A stretch of 64,000 nucleotides of DNA from Lachnospiraceae bacterium (GCA_009774395.1 VSNQ01000007.1:3301-67300), one strand, 5' to 3'. Counted from the first letter of the stretch, positions 30,511 through 42,359 are shown. The notes: generated by a model from the letters alone, not told the origin. Made by a program: numbers and translations.

Positions 30511-32292
30511 TTATGTATATAAAAAATGATACATTTTTTGAAACAATTCATCGACATCAATCGGCTTCGCAATATGTGCATTCATGCCTGACTGAAACGC
30601 TTTCTCCACATCTTGTGCAAACGCATTCGCTGTCATCGCAATAATCGGTATGCTGACAGAATCCTCCCTAGACATACTACGAATGGTCTTTGCCGCACTG
30701 TATCCATCCATGCCGGGCAGTTGGATATCCATTAACACCAAGTCAAAATAATCCTCTTGAGAACGGCTGATAATATCAATTGCCTCTTCAGCATCCCATG
30801 CACATACCACATGCGCCTTTGTGCGCTCCAATATTGCCTGAATAATTTCCATATTAATCTCATTATCTTCCACCACAAGAAGATTTTTGCCGGAAGCATT
30901 CAGCACAGTACTGCCATCCTGTTCTTTTGTCAATGTTTTTTCTACGTTTTTGTCTTTTTTCAGACGAATATGAACAAAAAACCGTGTTCCTTCTCCCACC
31001 TTACTTTCTATCCGCATATTCGCACCCATTGCATCAATAATGCTTTTTGTAATACTCATTCCTATACCGCTACCCTCTGTTTTTTTGACATATTGGGCAT
31101 TATCACGTGTAAACGGCTGAAAAATCAAATTATCCGCAAATTCCTGCGACATCCCCACACCATTATCCTCAATGAAAAAATCAAATGCAGCGTAGTCCTC
31201 CGATTCTTCCTGCATTTGTGTAACATGAACCTTGACGTGTCCAAACGCCTCGGTATATTTAATACTATTGCTAATAATATTCATCAACACCTGCCGCAGC
31301 CGCACGGCATCACCGATTAAATTCCGATCCCCAATCTCACAAGATACATGAAAATCCACTTTCTTATTGCGCGCAGTCTGGGTTAACACAAGCTGCACAT
31401 CCTCCACTAACTCCTCTAAATCAAATTGAATCTCCTTTAACTTTAATTCCCTTGACTCTATTTCAGACATATCAAGAACATTATTCAGCAAATTTAAAAG
31501 CTGTGTTGAGGAAACTTTAATTTTAGAAAGACATTCCTGCACTTTTTCCTTATTGTCAATATGATATCCCGCAATATCCGTCATACCTACAATGGCGTTC
31601 ATTGGTGTTCGGATATCATGTGACATATTTGCAAGAAAATGTGTTTTCGCCTCATTTGCTCTCTGCGCATTCACCTTTTCCTGCTCAAGCTCTATCAGTG
31701 CCTTCTCAATACTCTCTTTTTGCCGTTTCTCTATGCTGCTCTGATATTTTAAAATTATCCCCACCGCAAAAGTAACCACTAAAATTGCAATTAAATTATC
31801 GTTGTAATAATAAAACTGATCATCTGTATATTCAAACAAATGCTGGTTATAATATCCATATGCTAAAGTTGCGATATTCACCAGTACAGCAAGCGGCATC
31901 ATCACTGCAAAATAAATTCCATCCAGCATCATAAAAATACATATCATGCCATACGCTAACCAGACTGGCATTCCTGACTGAATCCCGCCGCCCTCCGCAA
32001 ACAAAAACATATAGGGGCAGGCAATAAATGTAATGGGTGCAATAATGAGTACCGTAAAAATCGGCAGTCTATTACGGAAACGGTTTCCCAAAACTGCCAT
32101 AATACTTAAATAGATAATTAACAATGCTATTACTATCAGACCATCATTTTCGTAGCCCATAACTGCTTCTATCAAAAGAATGCCTATTAACGCCACGATT
32201 TCTGTTATCAACGCTACATTATATCGTAAGCGCTGCGGTTCTGACTGACTAAAATATTCCTGAATTATTTTTTTCCATTGCTCACGCATCAT
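30511..32292 (-). CDS. Membrane hybrid sensor histidine kinase with receiver domain
   Basis: NMSHDIRTPMNAI, N/G boxes, VEDNEIN...MDIQLP...KP. Confidence 0.93.
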   Translation of the reverse strand: MMREQWKKIIQEYFSQSEPQRLRYNVALITEIVALIGILLIEAVMGYENDGLIVIALLIIYLSIMAVLGNRFRNRLPIFTVLIIAPITFIACPYMFLFAEGGGIQSGMPVWLAYGMICIFMMLDGIYFAVMMPLAVLVNIATLAYGYYNQHLFEYTDDQFYYYNDNLIAILVVTFAVGIILKYQSSIEKRQKESIEKALIELEQEKVNAQRANEAKTHFLANMSHDIRTPMNAIVGMTDIAGYHIDNKEKVQECLSKIKVSSTQLLNLLNNVLDMSEIESRELKLKEIQFDLEELVEDVQLVLTQTARNKKVDFHVSCEIGDRNLIGDAVRLRQVLMNIISNSIKYTEAFGHVKVHVTQMQEESEDYAAFDFFIEDNGVGMSQEFADNLIFQPFTRDNAQYVKKTEGSGIGMSITKSIIDAMGANMRIESKVGEGTRFFVHIRLKKDKNVEKTLTKEQDGSTVLNASGKNLLVVEDNEINMEIIQAILERTKAHVVCAWDAEEAIDIISRSQEDYFDLVLMDIQLPGMDGYSAAKTIRSMSREDSVSIPIIAMTANAFAQDVEKAFQSGMNAHIAKPIDVDELFQKMYHFLYT

Positions 32293-32322
32293 AACCTCAC
32301 CTTTTCTCTGTATTTTGTCTAA

Positions 32323-32477
32323 GGAACTGTCAATAAATAACGCATCAATTTGACTTGTCTAAATGCCCATCTGCAGCATCCGATAATCTTGACGCAGCCC
32401 GCTGCGCCTGCGATTATCTTCTTTGCAGCGCAACATTTATACAGCGTCAAATTAACAAGTTATTTATTTACAATTCC
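32323..32477. mobile_element. MITE with GGAAC ends and TAA duplication
   Basis: GGAACTGTCAATAAATAAC / GTTATTTATTTACAATTCC; TAA on both sides; contains the stop codon of the adjacent gene. Confidence 0.7.
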
Positions 32478-33309
32478 TAATAAATTCCTGGAAATTATCA
32501 AACGCTTGTTTGTGCATTTTGGAAGTTGCACATGGATTACGTCTTAGCAAGGAACGTATACCTGTATATTCCTTCCGTTTCCTCTTGTTCTCAAGCTTTT
32601 CCTGAAATCGCTCTCTGGAACTGGCACCAATCCTGCCATACATTTCTTTTCCTGTTCCGATAGCCGAATTGATTTTCCTTAATCCTGCTTCCGATTTTTC
32701 TTTAATACTGCTGCCATAAAAAGCGGAAAGTACCTCAAAGTGCTTCTGAATATGGCGAAATTCTGCGCTGTTTTGCTCCAGGCTGAGCAAAATTTCCTTT
32801 AAGTTCAGTGCCTCACGCACGCTTGCCGACATATCCACAGATATGTAAACAGTAAGTGCCAGCACAATAAACTCCAAAAGATTGGTGTTCATGCGCAGCA
32901 CACCGCGCTCTATTACACTATGACCATACATTGTTAAAAGTACAGAAAATACACCCCAAGCCAACGATGAAGACGCACAAATATGCCCATTTACATTCAA
33001 AGGTTTATCACTATAATCCCAATACCGCACATGAAAAATACGTTCCATTGCTGCTCCTGTAAGATACTCTAACACGGTCGCACTAAACATTCCTGCAAAA
33101 AAAACGAAAACCGCCTTTGTCCGAAACGGCAGCGTAAACCAAAGCACTACAATTGCACCGGAACCGTATATTGGCAAAAAAGGGCCGTGCATAAATCCTC
33201 TGTTTACCCATTTTCCCTGACATACCGACACATAGCAAGTTTCCCATACCCAGCCCAAAAAGCAGTAAAAATAAAAGAAGAAAAACCAAGTTGAAACTGT
33301 ATAAGCCAC
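32464..33309 (-). CDS. Putative ABC transporter permease (CmpB-like) membrane protein
   Basis: YCFLGWVWE, NRGFMHGPFLPIYG, WDYS...N.NG.IC. Confidence 0.8.
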   Translation of the reverse strand: MAYTVSTWFFFFYFYCFLGWVWETCYVSVCQGKWVNRGFMHGPFLPIYGSGAIVVLWFTLPFRTKAVFVFFAGMFSATVLEYLTGAAMERIFHVRYWDYSDKPLNVNGHICASSSLAWGVFSVLLTMYGHSVIERGVLRMNTNLLEFIVLALTVYISVDMSASVREALNLKEILLSLEQNSAEFRHIQKHFEVLSAFYGSSIKEKSEAGLRKINSAIGTGKEMYGRIGASSRERFQEKLENKRKRKEYTGIRSLLRRNPCATSKMHKQAFDNFQEFIRNCK

Positions 33310-33311
33310 TG

Positions 33312-33935
33312 TTACACCTCCGTCAGACCGCCTCCTAAGTAGTCCATTAAAGTCTGCTGTACGTATACATCTATTTTACCGTTTTTCTGCTCTGTTTCCA
33401 AGTCCCTTTTTTTCATTAAACACTGTTTTCCTTCTATTTTTTCTAAAAGCAGCTCGTCTGCCGTTTCCACAGTACCAAACCAACGAGCAAATTCTTTCCT
33501 TTTTATAAGAACTGGCATACGAGAATGCACTTCACGCATCTGCTCGTTTGCCTCCACTGTCAATATGGTAAACAGGCTCGCTGCATCCGTATTTTCTACT
33601 GGCAGTCCATTGTGGATTCCCGCAAGATACAATTCCTCCTCCCCATCACCATCATAAAATAAATAACGGTTTCGATCGCCGTCCCACTCGTAAAATCCTT
33701 TTGCCGGAACTACACATCTTCTATTACTATAATCCCGACCAAACAGCGGTTTCTGGCGAACACTCTCCGCCCTTGCATTAATAATGAGATGCTTTTCATT
33801 TCTGCCATAATATCCCCATTTTGCCCTAATTTTGTGGTAAGACGCATTACAAACAATCCAAGCCAAATCGGTCGGCACAATATCGCGTATTCCATTCTTA
33901 CTGGTACTATCCGCTATAAAAAATCTTCCACACAT
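33312..33935 (-). CDS. SOS response-associated peptidase (SRAP/YedK family)
   Basis: MCGRF start, INARAES, GFYEW, HSRMP. Confidence 0.9.
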   Translation of the reverse strand: MCGRFFIADSTSKNGIRDIVPTDLAWIVCNASYHKIRAKWGYYGRNEKHLIINARAESVRQKPLFGRDYSNRRCVVPAKGFYEWDGDRNRYLFYDGDGEEELYLAGIHNGLPVENTDAASLFTILTVEANEQMREVHSRMPVLIKRKEFARWFGTVETADELLLEKIEGKQCLMKKRDLETEQKNGKIDVYVQQTLMDYLGGGLTEV

Positions 33936-34585
33936 ATTAATAACATTCCCTCCTCAACTGTAATTGTGCTCTCCTGATTTGTAAACTCATTGCTTACCCC
34001 TATCGGAAATTCCTGCTTCAGACAAGCTTTATCCAACGTATATTTTAGTCCCTGTTCTGTAACGCCACATGCGTCGCCGCCATAGGCAAAAACTGAAATT
34101 CTGCGGTTTTCCCGATACATTGATGCTGGAAATACAATACTTCCCCTTTGCAGCAGCAAAATCTGAATGCCAATACCATACAAAACGCCACGTGCACCTC
34201 TATTGAGCAAATAATGCAGGCACTGAATATTCGCAAACGTATGATCCATTCTTCCACCAAGCGCACCATATAATGCAAATTCTTGATATCCTCTTGCAAG
34301 TCCCTCTTTGACTGCCGCAAGCATATCCGTATCATCTTTTTCTACTGGAAGCTTTTTTATTGCTAAAGAACGACTGGAAATGGTATCATTTTCTTCCGGC
34401 AATCGTATTTCTAAGGAATCCATATCACCGATCAGCAAATGCGGCGTAATTCCAATCGCTTGCAAATAGGCAAAACCGCCATCTGCGGCAATGCAAAAAT
34501 CCTCCTTGTCCAATGTCAAACTTTTTTTGTCAATAATCTGCTCATTACAAAATTCGCCTGCGCCCATTATAATACATTTCCCCAT
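33914..34585 (-). CDS. thiN: Thiamine diphosphokinase
   Basis: IAADGG, IGDMDS, EKDDTD, GGRMDH, GLKY, GVSNE. Confidence 0.92.
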   Translation of the reverse strand: MGKCIIMGAGEFCNEQIIDKKSLTLDKEDFCIAADGGFAYLQAIGITPHLLIGDMDSLEIRLPEENDTISSRSLAIKKLPVEKDDTDMLAAVKEGLARGYQEFALYGALGGRMDHTFANIQCLHYLLNRGARGVLYGIGIQILLLQRGSIVFPASMYRENRRISVFAYGGDACGVTEQGLKYTLDKACLKQEFPIGVSNEFTNQESTITVEEGMLLICVEDFL

Positions 34586-34648
34586 ATCCCGTGCTCCTAT
34601 TCTATCGCCAATTAAACTTTATCTATCTCTACTCGCCGCGCATAAATA

Positions 34649-34784
34649 GCAACAGTTCAGATAACCCATTGAACTGTTACGTATCCAGCCATTGGAAATC
34701 GCTTCGTGATGGGCTGGATACCTCCAACCACTACATTTTATTACGGTCAGCGCAGTAAATGCGCAGACCTGCCTAAACTGTTAC
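34649..34784. mobile_element. 136-bp MITE, GTAAC family, with 8-bp target-site duplication CATAAATA
   Basis: Reverse complement of 23618-23753; duplication at 34641-34648 and 34785-34792. Confidence 0.85.
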
Positions 34785-34879
34785 CATAAATAACATCTAT
34801 GTGCACACAAAGGCACAAGCCTTATGAATGCATAAAGCCTGCGCCTAATAAACTGTTTTCTATTACGCAAACAGCAGTA

Positions 34880-36613
34880 TTAAAAATTCTTAAATACATC
34901 CGTTTCTTTCTGAAGTGCCCCGGCAATCTGCTGGTTCTCTTCCATACGGCTGCTAATATTATCCATATCCTCAACAAGCATCTGCGTACTCTCCGCTGCG
35001 CCTGCTACACCTCTTGCACCCTCCTCAATCGCATCAGTAATCGTGCCGATAGAGCCAGCAATCTCATCTACTGCGCGTTTTAATGCATCTGTCTTCGTGT
35101 TAAACTCATCCATTACCGACTCAATATATGCTGCATTTTTGCGATACTGTACACCACTATCCACGAAATTTTTAAATTCAGGCAAAATCGCTTCCGTCAT
35201 ATACTCAACCAGATTATTTGCATTTCCTGCCAAATTATGTACTGCATTGGTAACAATACCATTAATCTCTTGGATACGGTTTGCTGTATTTCGGCTGGAA
35301 GCTGCTAACTGCCGGATTTCATCTGCAACCACTGCAAATCCTTTTCCTGCTTCGCCTGCTCTTGCAGCCTCTATCGAAGCATTTAACGCAAGCAGATTGG
35401 TCTGGCTGGAAATATTTAAGATATCATTTGTCAGTCCGTTTACTTGCTCCACGCTCTTACTGTCCTCAATTGCTTGATTTAGCTCTGTTAAAATCTCATC
35501 TACCTTAACACTGGTTTCTTCCATATTCTGCCGCGCATTGGACTCCATTTTATCAGCATTTTCTTTCATCTGCTTGGAGTAATCATTAATGCTGCTTGAC
35601 CGTTCCGCAATCATTTCTGTTTCGCTGCGGACAGAATCTGCATTTTGATTAATAACGCCTGCCGAATGGCCAACTTCCTGCATGGTAGCTGAAAGTTCTT
35701 GTGTCACAGCGGACAAATCGGAAGCACTATCATTGGAGGTTCTAACACTTTGCTGTACCTCGTCAACAACTTTTTCCAGTTTCTGGGAATTTGCTATAAT
35801 CATCTTCATAATTCCCTGTAATTTTTCCATAAAGATATTAATACCATTGCCAAGGTCTGCAATCTCATCATTTGACAAAATACTAATACGCTTTGTCAAA
35901 TCGCCCTCTTTCTTATCAATTCCTTCAATTATATCATGAATTTGATGGTTTGTAATGGTCAGCTTGCGGATTACTAATATAAATACAGAATAGAAAGTCA
36001 TTAATATTGCCAATACGCACACACCAATAAACATTACATTGCGCCTTAGTGCTGCATTATAAGCCGTTGTCAGTTGTTCACTTGCCACACTTGCACTGCT
36101 TCTTGCCTTCTCTACCATAATGTCGATTTCGTTCTGCATTCCATCGCTGTACTGTTTAATCAATCCATTTGCAAGCGCAAAAGCCGTTTCTTTCTCGTTA
36201 TTACCACTAAAGGCAAGCAGATTTTCAATCTCATATTTCATATCTGTATAATTAGCAACCAACTGATCAAATGCTGCGCTGTCCATTTCCTGAAGACTTT
36301 CTCCGTACTCTTCAAAATACCCCTCAAGCACTGCTTCCTGTGCATTGACTTGCCCGACGATCTCTATCAAAGTATCCAGATCGATGGCAATAATATGGGA
36401 AAGCGCTAATTTATGTACAGCTTGTGTTGTTTTCTGAATGTCGCTTAACTCTGAAATATTTACCATATGATCGCTTGCAATTTCCACTGCCGTTTCATTT
36501 ACCATGCCGATATTGGATATCGCCTGCACATTGGATATAATCGCCACGATACCAAGAACAAACACGGGAATTAAAAGAATTATTTTTATGCTAATACGTC
36601 TTTTCTTGTTCAT
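34880..36613 (-). CDS. Methyl-accepting chemotaxis protein (4HB sensor, HAMP)
   Basis: [31 protein letters not shown]; two TM helices; RBS-supported ATG 36613. Confidence 0.95.
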   Translation of the reverse strand: MNKKRRISIKIILLIPVFVLGIVAIISNVQAISNIGMVNETAVEIASDHMVNISELSDIQKTTQAVHKLALSHIIAIDLDTLIEIVGQVNAQEAVLEGYFEEYGESLQEMDSAAFDQLVANYTDMKYEIENLLAFSGNNEKETAFALANGLIKQYSDGMQNEIDIMVEKARSSASVASEQLTTAYNAALRRNVMFIGVCVLAILMTFYSVFILVIRKLTITNHQIHDIIEGIDKKEGDLTKRISILSNDEIADLGNGINIFMEKLQGIMKMIIANSQKLEKVVDEVQQSVRTSNDSASDLSAVTQELSATMQEVGHSAGVINQNADSVRSETEMIAERSSSINDYSKQMKENADKMESNARQNMEETSVKVDEILTELNQAIEDSKSVEQVNGLTNDILNISSQTNLLALNASIEAARAGEAGKGFAVVADEIRQLAASSRNTANRIQEINGIVTNAVHNLAGNANNLVEYMTEAILPEFKNFVDSGVQYRKNAAYIESVMDEFNTKTDALKRAVDEIAGSIGTITDAIEEGARGVAGAAESTQMLVEDMDNISSRMEENQQIAGALQKETDVFKNF

Positions 36614-36626
36614 AGCTTTCTCCCCC

Positions 36627-37937
36627 TTATTGCACTGTTGAAGCCGCAATACCATTTGCCAATCGATCAACCAAATCCTGCAGCGGCATATTCTCTGGAT
36701 TTCCTGCTGCTATGGTATCTGCAAAATTTGTGCATGCATTCCAATAACTATTTCCAACCCTTTGTAATGTACCAAATTGGGACTGATCAATAATCGCTCC
36801 AATTGCTGGTACTTTCGCTACTTCATCCGATGCCGCCGCCACTTTATTGCTCGGCCCTGTACTGCGCATTTCAAACCGAATCTGCTGGCTCTGTTCGTTT
36901 GTCATCCAGTCTGCAAGTTTATGCGCCCATCCCAAATGTTTAGAATAGGTATTTACCGCAAACATTTTATAACCTGTAAAGGAAGACATCTGAATCTGCT
37001 GCCCGTTGCAAGTGTACGTCGGTAGTTTGCACGCACCATAATTTGCACCCCATTCTTCCTGAATACCAACTGCATTCCAAACACCACTTACGCCCGCAAT
37101 AATTTCACCGGATCTCACACCTTCCATAAAAAGCCCGTCAGGCTGTGCCACAAATCCCGGATTCAACGTAATATCCAACAATGCCTGTGCTACATCAACG
37201 CCTTTAATTGTACCCTCCGTTGCATTCCAATTACAATAATTGGTAACTCCATCATCATTTATTCCAAATTCCAGCCCTGTATTGCCAAAGAAAGAATACA
37301 GATACCATCCAGAATTTAATTCCATAGAAATTTTCTTTTCATTGGCTGCAGCAACTGCCAAAATGCCATCCATTGTCTGTACATCCGATTCTGACAAATA
37401 CCTTTTATCATAATATAAGAAGTAACCGTTATCCGCCGCATAAGGATAGGCGTAAAGAGTATCCTTATATGATGCTGCACTTACCGCTTCTTCAATATTC
37501 GCATTCTTAACTTCTGCTTGATTGACTACCGGAGAAATCGCGCCGCCTGCAATTAAACTGTATAATTGATCATCCGGCATAGAAAATACATCTGCTGCAT
37601 TGTGAATATCACCAAGTACATTTGTACGAGTATCCGCATCACCTGACGCCTCTAAAATAATATCAAAATCTGCTTGTCCTGCATATTCCTTTTTAAAATT
37701 GTCAATCATTATATTCATTGCTTCAAAATTCGCTTCTTCTGCCCAGACACGCAGTGTTACTTTGCCGGATTCCAATTCTTCACTGCTGCTATCCTGCGCT
37801 TCGTCAGTCTGATCTGCGCCGGTATTAGCAGCTGTTTCTTCTGTCTGCGAACTACTGCATCCTGCCAATGTGATAACGAAAACCGGAACAGACAGCATAG
37901 TTGCCAATAATTTCCTTTTTACTTTCTGATATTTCAC
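36627..37937 (-). CDS. Extracellular solute-binding lipoprotein (carbohydrate type)
   Basis: Lipobox LAGC; LRVW, ADVF, LYAYP, LYYDK. Confidence 0.88.
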   Translation of the reverse strand: MKYQKVKRKLLATMLSVPVFVITLAGCSSSQTEETAANTGADQTDEAQDSSSEELESGKVTLRVWAEEANFEAMNIMIDNFKKEYAGQADFDIILEASGDADTRTNVLGDIHNAADVFSMPDDQLYSLIAGGAISPVVNQAEVKNANIEEAVSAASYKDTLYAYPYAADNGYFLYYDKRYLSESDVQTMDGILAVAAANEKKISMELNSGWYLYSFFGNTGLEFGINDDGVTNYCNWNATEGTIKGVDVAQALLDITLNPGFVAQPDGLFMEGVRSGEIIAGVSGVWNAVGIQEEWGANYGACKLPTYTCNGQQIQMSSFTGYKMFAVNTYSKHLGWAHKLADWMTNEQSQQIRFEMRSTGPSNKVAAASDEVAKVPAIGAIIDQSQFGTLQRVGNSYWNACTNFADTIAAGNPENMPLQDLVDRLANGIAASTVQ

Positions 37938-38067
37938 AATAATTCACCCTTTCCTCACAAGCCGCTTTGGTTATTTCCAACAATTTTTAATATCGAATTA
38001 TTTATATTATATACTATTTGCTTTATTATTTCAATATCCATTCCTGTTAAATTTCGCTTATTTTCGC

Positions 38068-39324
38068 TCACGAATTATTGTTTCTATTTGTACGACGGTT
38101 CCTGTTTTGATAATTGCTGTCGTTTTGCATCCGATAATTTCTTCTAGGCGGTGCTGTTTTTGATTCTTTCTTTCCCGTCTTTTCTTTTTGTCTGTTTCGT
38201 TCATTTACGCTGTCCCTTATTAAGATATATACTGTTGAAACCAGCGGTATAAAAAACAACATTCCCGGTATTCCAAAAAGACTGCCACCAATGCTGACTG
38301 CCGCTAACACCCATATTGCAGGCAAACCTACCTTATTGCCGACTACTTTGGGATAAATTAAATTGCCCTCTATCTGCTGCAGCACCAAAAACAGCACAAC
38401 AAACACTACCGCACGGATTGGATTATCTACAAAAATTAAAAATGCCCCAACAAAACATCCGATAAAAGCGCCAACAATTGGAATTAAAGCCGTAAACGCA
38501 ATAAGCACCCCTACCATCATTGCATACGGAAGCTGGAAAATTGTCATAGATACCACAAACATTCCACCTAAAATCACTGCCTCAAGACACTGTCCCGAAA
38601 CAAAATTTGAAAAATTGACATATAGTAAATGAAGCACCTTTTCTGCCTCTGTTTTACGCTTTTCCGGAAGATAGGCTGACAATATACGCCGCCCTTGATT
38701 TTCCAGTTTCTCTTTACCCGATAAAATATAGATAGCAAAAACAAACCCAATAAAGAAATTCAAAAATGCGCCAATAATATTTCCGGCAACCGTAACAGTA
38801 GAAAGCACCATATCCGAAACGCCGTTTTTCAAAAATTCCACAATATACGCAACAAGGCTGTCCCAATCAACTGCCAGCGTTTCCAACTCTGCCACATATC
38901 CCTGTAACTGCGGATATTCTGCCGCAAACCCTTCCAGCCAGACACCTGCATTCTCCGCAAAAACAGGAATTTTATTACCCAGTTCCACTACTGTCTTTGT
39001 AAGCTGTGGTACCACTGCACTCACCACAATTACCAAGATTAAAATTACAAACAAAATGCTTAATACTACACTGACCGGACGTTTCATTTTGTCAGCGTTT
39101 TTTCCATTCCAGTTTTTCAGCATTTTTTTCTCAATAATATTTAACGGAAGATTCAGCACAAATGCGATTACACCACCATATAAAAACGGTCTTAGTATAG
39201 AAATCATAATAACGATCGCATTTCCCACCTCTTTACGGCACAAAAGCGCCAAAACAATTACTGCAAAAAATAATATTAATTCTTTGATTTGTTTTAGTTT
39301 TTTCTTATCAAAACCATAATTCAT
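38068..39324 (-). CDS. AI-2E family transporter
   Basis: PFLYG..IAFVLN, GQCLEAVILG, QQIEGNLIYPKVVG. Confidence 0.9.
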   Translation of the reverse strand: MNYGFDKKKLKQIKELILFFAVIVLALLCRKEVGNAIVIMISILRPFLYGGVIAFVLNLPLNIIEKKMLKNWNGKNADKMKRPVSVVLSILFVILILVIVVSAVVPQLTKTVVELGNKIPVFAENAGVWLEGFAAEYPQLQGYVAELETLAVDWDSLVAYIVEFLKNGVSDMVLSTVTVAGNIIGAFLNFFIGFVFAIYILSGKEKLENQGRRILSAYLPEKRKTEAEKVLHLLYVNFSNFVSGQCLEAVILGGMFVVSMTIFQLPYAMMVGVLIAFTALIPIVGAFIGCFVGAFLIFVDNPIRAVVFVVLFLVLQQIEGNLIYPKVVGNKVGLPAIWVLAAVSIGGSLFGIPGMLFFIPLVSTVYILIRDSVNERNRQKEKTGKKESKTAPPRRNYRMQNDSNYQNRNRRTNRNNNS

Positions 39325-39693
39325 TTATATCCACTCCTATCTGTACAATTTATACACACAGCCACACAAAGGAAATTTGCCGTACAGTATATATTTTTAA
39401 AGTGATACTACATAATGCCAGATTATACCGTACTACACTGGTTAAACGCATATGGCTGGCGTTATATAATCAGGTTACTCGGAAATTTTAACTGTTAAGC
39501 AGTATAATTTATATCATACAGTAAAATTCTCAATCCGTGAACCTTATTTTGGAAATATTATAAAAATTTTCAAATAAAAATAGATTAAATATGTAAATAA
39601 TGTTATAATAGATTCATTACTAATTAATTACTATTTATTTGTAACAGTTTTTCTATGCAAAAACAGTTGCTTTTAGTTAAAATCCGTTAAGGA

Positions 39694-41325
39694 GTGCGCG
39701 CAATGAAACTTGGGATTAAAACAAAATATCTCGTAATATACCTCACACTGGTTTTTGCTTTTGCAATCTTTTTTATCTGCCTATTCTTCTATGATAAGAC
39801 CACCGACGTCAAGCAGATGGATTCCCCATACGCAGTCACAATATGGAAGGACTATAATCAAAATATTACATATACCAAAACCAATCTTACTGGTACTATA
39901 GACACTAACGCAATTGCGGGAAATCTACTTGCCTTTCATTCTATTCACCAAACTATCTTGGTTTATGAGAACGAACAGCTTATTTATCAGTATCCGACAC
40001 AAAATATCAATCCATTTTCGTTGTCACCTGGCTATAGCTGGAATTTTGTACAGCTTCCCAAAAACGGCATAAACAATATTCGGATTGAAATTAGCTCTCC
40101 CTATAAAGAGTATTTAAAAGCTATACCAAATTTCCTGTTGGGGAATCACTACTCTATCGCCTCCTATATCTGCGGTGCAAGCTTAATGCCCTTTGTGCTA
40201 TGTATTGTAATGTTTTTCTTAGGAGCGGGTATGGTGGTATATTACCTTGCACTTTCCAAAAGTGTTGTCACTACAAGCAAGCTGTTTCATCTAGGCATCT
40301 TTGCGATTGCGCTTTCCATATGGTCAATCAATGAATGTCCTGTTACATTGCTGCTATTGAAAAACAATATTGTTAGTTCCTATATCGCATTTTTATCCCT
40401 AATGATGCTGCCGCTGCCCTTTGCTTCCTTTGTCAAAACATTTTATGAGGACAACAACCCGATTTGGGACACATTCTTTAAAATGAACCTCTGTCAAATT
40501 GTGTGCTGTCTTATATTGCAATTTGCAGGGGTCGCCGATCTGCGGGAAACATTATGGACAACACACGTTATGATGGGGATTTTGGTTGCCATTATTTTTT
40601 ATAATTCCTTTATGCTGTTTCGCAATGGCATACAGACAGATCTTGTGAAAATCCATTTAGCCTGCATTGTTATCTGCGGTATTACGCTGTTATTGGATAT
40701 TATGGGATATTATTTAGGGACTTGGGATGGTAATACATTCGGTCGCTTCGGCTTCCTTTCTTATATTATTGTGCTTGGCATTTCCTCCACCAAAGAATCT
40801 GCTTCCTTAATGCAGATGGGGCAGAAAGCAAGCGATTACCAGCAGCTTGCTTACACCGATCAAATGACTGGCATGAACAACCGCACCTGCTTTAATGTTG
40901 ATTTTGCAAAATTCTCAGAAACACCAGAGGACGTAACTATTGTTGACTTTGACTTAAATAATTTAAAATATATTAACGATACATTTGGGCATAGCTCTGG
41001 TGACCGCTATATTACAAGTTGTTCCAATATTATTCGGGAAATTTTCGATGGTATCGGCAAATGCTACCGTGTAGGCGGCGACGAATTTGTGGCAATTATA
41101 GAAAACTCTTCCCATATTGACATGAAACAATATATGGCAATGCTGGAGTCTAGCGTAGATGCCTGCAACCGTGCCAATAAAGAGTTCCGAATGCAAATTG
41201 CCTACGGCTGTGCAGTCTATGCCGCTGAAGTAGACAAAACATTGGAGGATACCTATAACCGCGCCGATAAAATTATGTATAAAGACAAAGAAGAAAAAAA
41301 AGCCAAAAAAGGAAGCCACAGATAG
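39694..41325 (+). CDS. Membrane diguanylate cyclase (GGDEF)
   Basis: Multi-TM N-terminus; DQMTG..NR, DLNNLKYINDTFGH..GD, RVGGDEF. Confidence 0.92.
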   Translation: MRAMKLGIKTKYLVIYLTLVFAFAIFFICLFFYDKTTDVKQMDSPYAVTIWKDYNQNITYTKTNLTGTIDTNAIAGNLLAFHSIHQTILVYENEQLIYQYPTQNINPFSLSPGYSWNFVQLPKNGINNIRIEISSPYKEYLKAIPNFLLGNHYSIASYICGASLMPFVLCIVMFFLGAGMVVYYLALSKSVVTTSKLFHLGIFAIALSIWSINECPVTLLLLKNNIVSSYIAFLSLMMLPLPFASFVKTFYEDNNPIWDTFFKMNLCQIVCCLILQFAGVADLRETLWTTHVMMGILVAIIFYNSFMLFRNGIQTDLVKIHLACIVICGITLLLDIMGYYLGTWDGNTFGRFGFLSYIIVLGISSTKESASLMQMGQKASDYQQLAYTDQMTGMNNRTCFNVDFAKFSETPEDVTIVDFDLNNLKYINDTFGHSSGDRYITSCSNIIREIFDGIGKCYRVGGDEFVAIIENSSHIDMKQYMAMLESSVDACNRANKEFRMQIAYGCAVYAAEVDKTLEDTYNRADKIMYKDKEEKKAKKGSHR

Positions 41326-41469
41326 GAACTATAAACAACGAGCAGGAGAGAAAACACTCCCCTGCTCGAATATTGGAATATATTAGATGATTATTTGTAA
41401 GCACTTTATTATTTATACGGGCAACCAGTAAAGTTTGTCAATAACACCAACTTTTACATGTCATTATCT

Positions 41470-42204
41470 TCAGCCCCAACTATTATAGTTTCCGTAATAT
41501 TTACCATTGTAAATGGAACCACCATATGTATTGTCATAATCTCCGTAGCTACCATAATTTCCGCCATAATATGAGGTATTTCCATATTTATTGTATGTTG
41601 AGGTACCATAGAGCCTATCCAATAAGTTAACCGTTGATGCTGCAGATTCCTGAATTGCGGAAAAGCGCTCGCTGATCTCGGTTCCATAGCCCTCTTCTTT
41701 GCAGAAAACAGACTTAATATCTTCAAAATCAGCCGCTTCTAATTTCTTGCTGTCTACAGTAAGCTCTCCACTCTTTGAAATAGTAATACCTATTTTTTCT
41801 AGTCCTGCCTTATATTCTGTCGTAACCTTTCCCACTTGGACTTCAAAATATGGATCTGAACCGCCTGCCGCCTCGTTTGATGCAGAATGTACGTTATTGT
41901 AATTAGCTACAAAATCTTTTACCTCAGAAATCATTTTCTGTTTGTCTTTATCAGTAATTTCTGTCTTCTTCGCAATCTCTAGCATATTTTTAATGCTGTT
42001 TGTTACTGCATTTGCGGATTTCTCCACCTTCTCATACAACGCAATCTGCTTTGACTTCGTTGTGCTGCTGCTGGAATTTACCTTATTTGTATTGTTTGTC
42101 GATGCACTGTTGTTTCTCGAATACAACCTGCTTCCACGGCTTCTTCTAGCAGATCTTATCATTCTTGCTCTTGCAAGATTACTTCTTGTACTGCGGATAT
42201 TCAT
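41470..42204 (-). CDS. Hypothetical protein resembling part of FliD, with a Tyr/Gly/Asn-rich tail
   Basis: VKDFVANYNNV...LEKIGITISKSGELTVDSKKL resembles the FliD C-terminal region; start uncertain (42204 or 42258). Confidence 0.55.
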   Translation of the reverse strand: MNIRSTRSNLARARMIRSARRSRGSRLYSRNNSASTNNTNKVNSSSSTTKSKQIALYEKVEKSANAVTNSIKNMLEIAKKTEITDKDKQKMISEVKDFVANYNNVHSASNEAAGGSDPYFEVQVGKVTTEYKAGLEKIGITISKSGELTVDSKKLEAADFEDIKSVFCKEEGYGTEISERFSAIQESAASTVNLLDRLYGTSTYNKYGNTSYYGGNYGSYGDYDNTYGGSIYNGKYYGNYNSWG

Positions 42205-42267
42205 AGAAAGTTCCCCCCCCGTTCTTGTCTGTCGCATATTTATCATGCTTGCTGACATATTTTAATT

Positions 42268-42359
42268 TACACTGGCCAATACCTAAATTTGCCAATAATG
42301 CCGCCCCACAAGCGTAATTATATTGCGTGATATAGTAAAATTAATCGCTTGTGAGTATA
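42268..42359. mobile_element. 92-bp TA-ended miniature element (subfamily A2)
   Basis: Homologous to 120-211. Confidence 0.6.
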
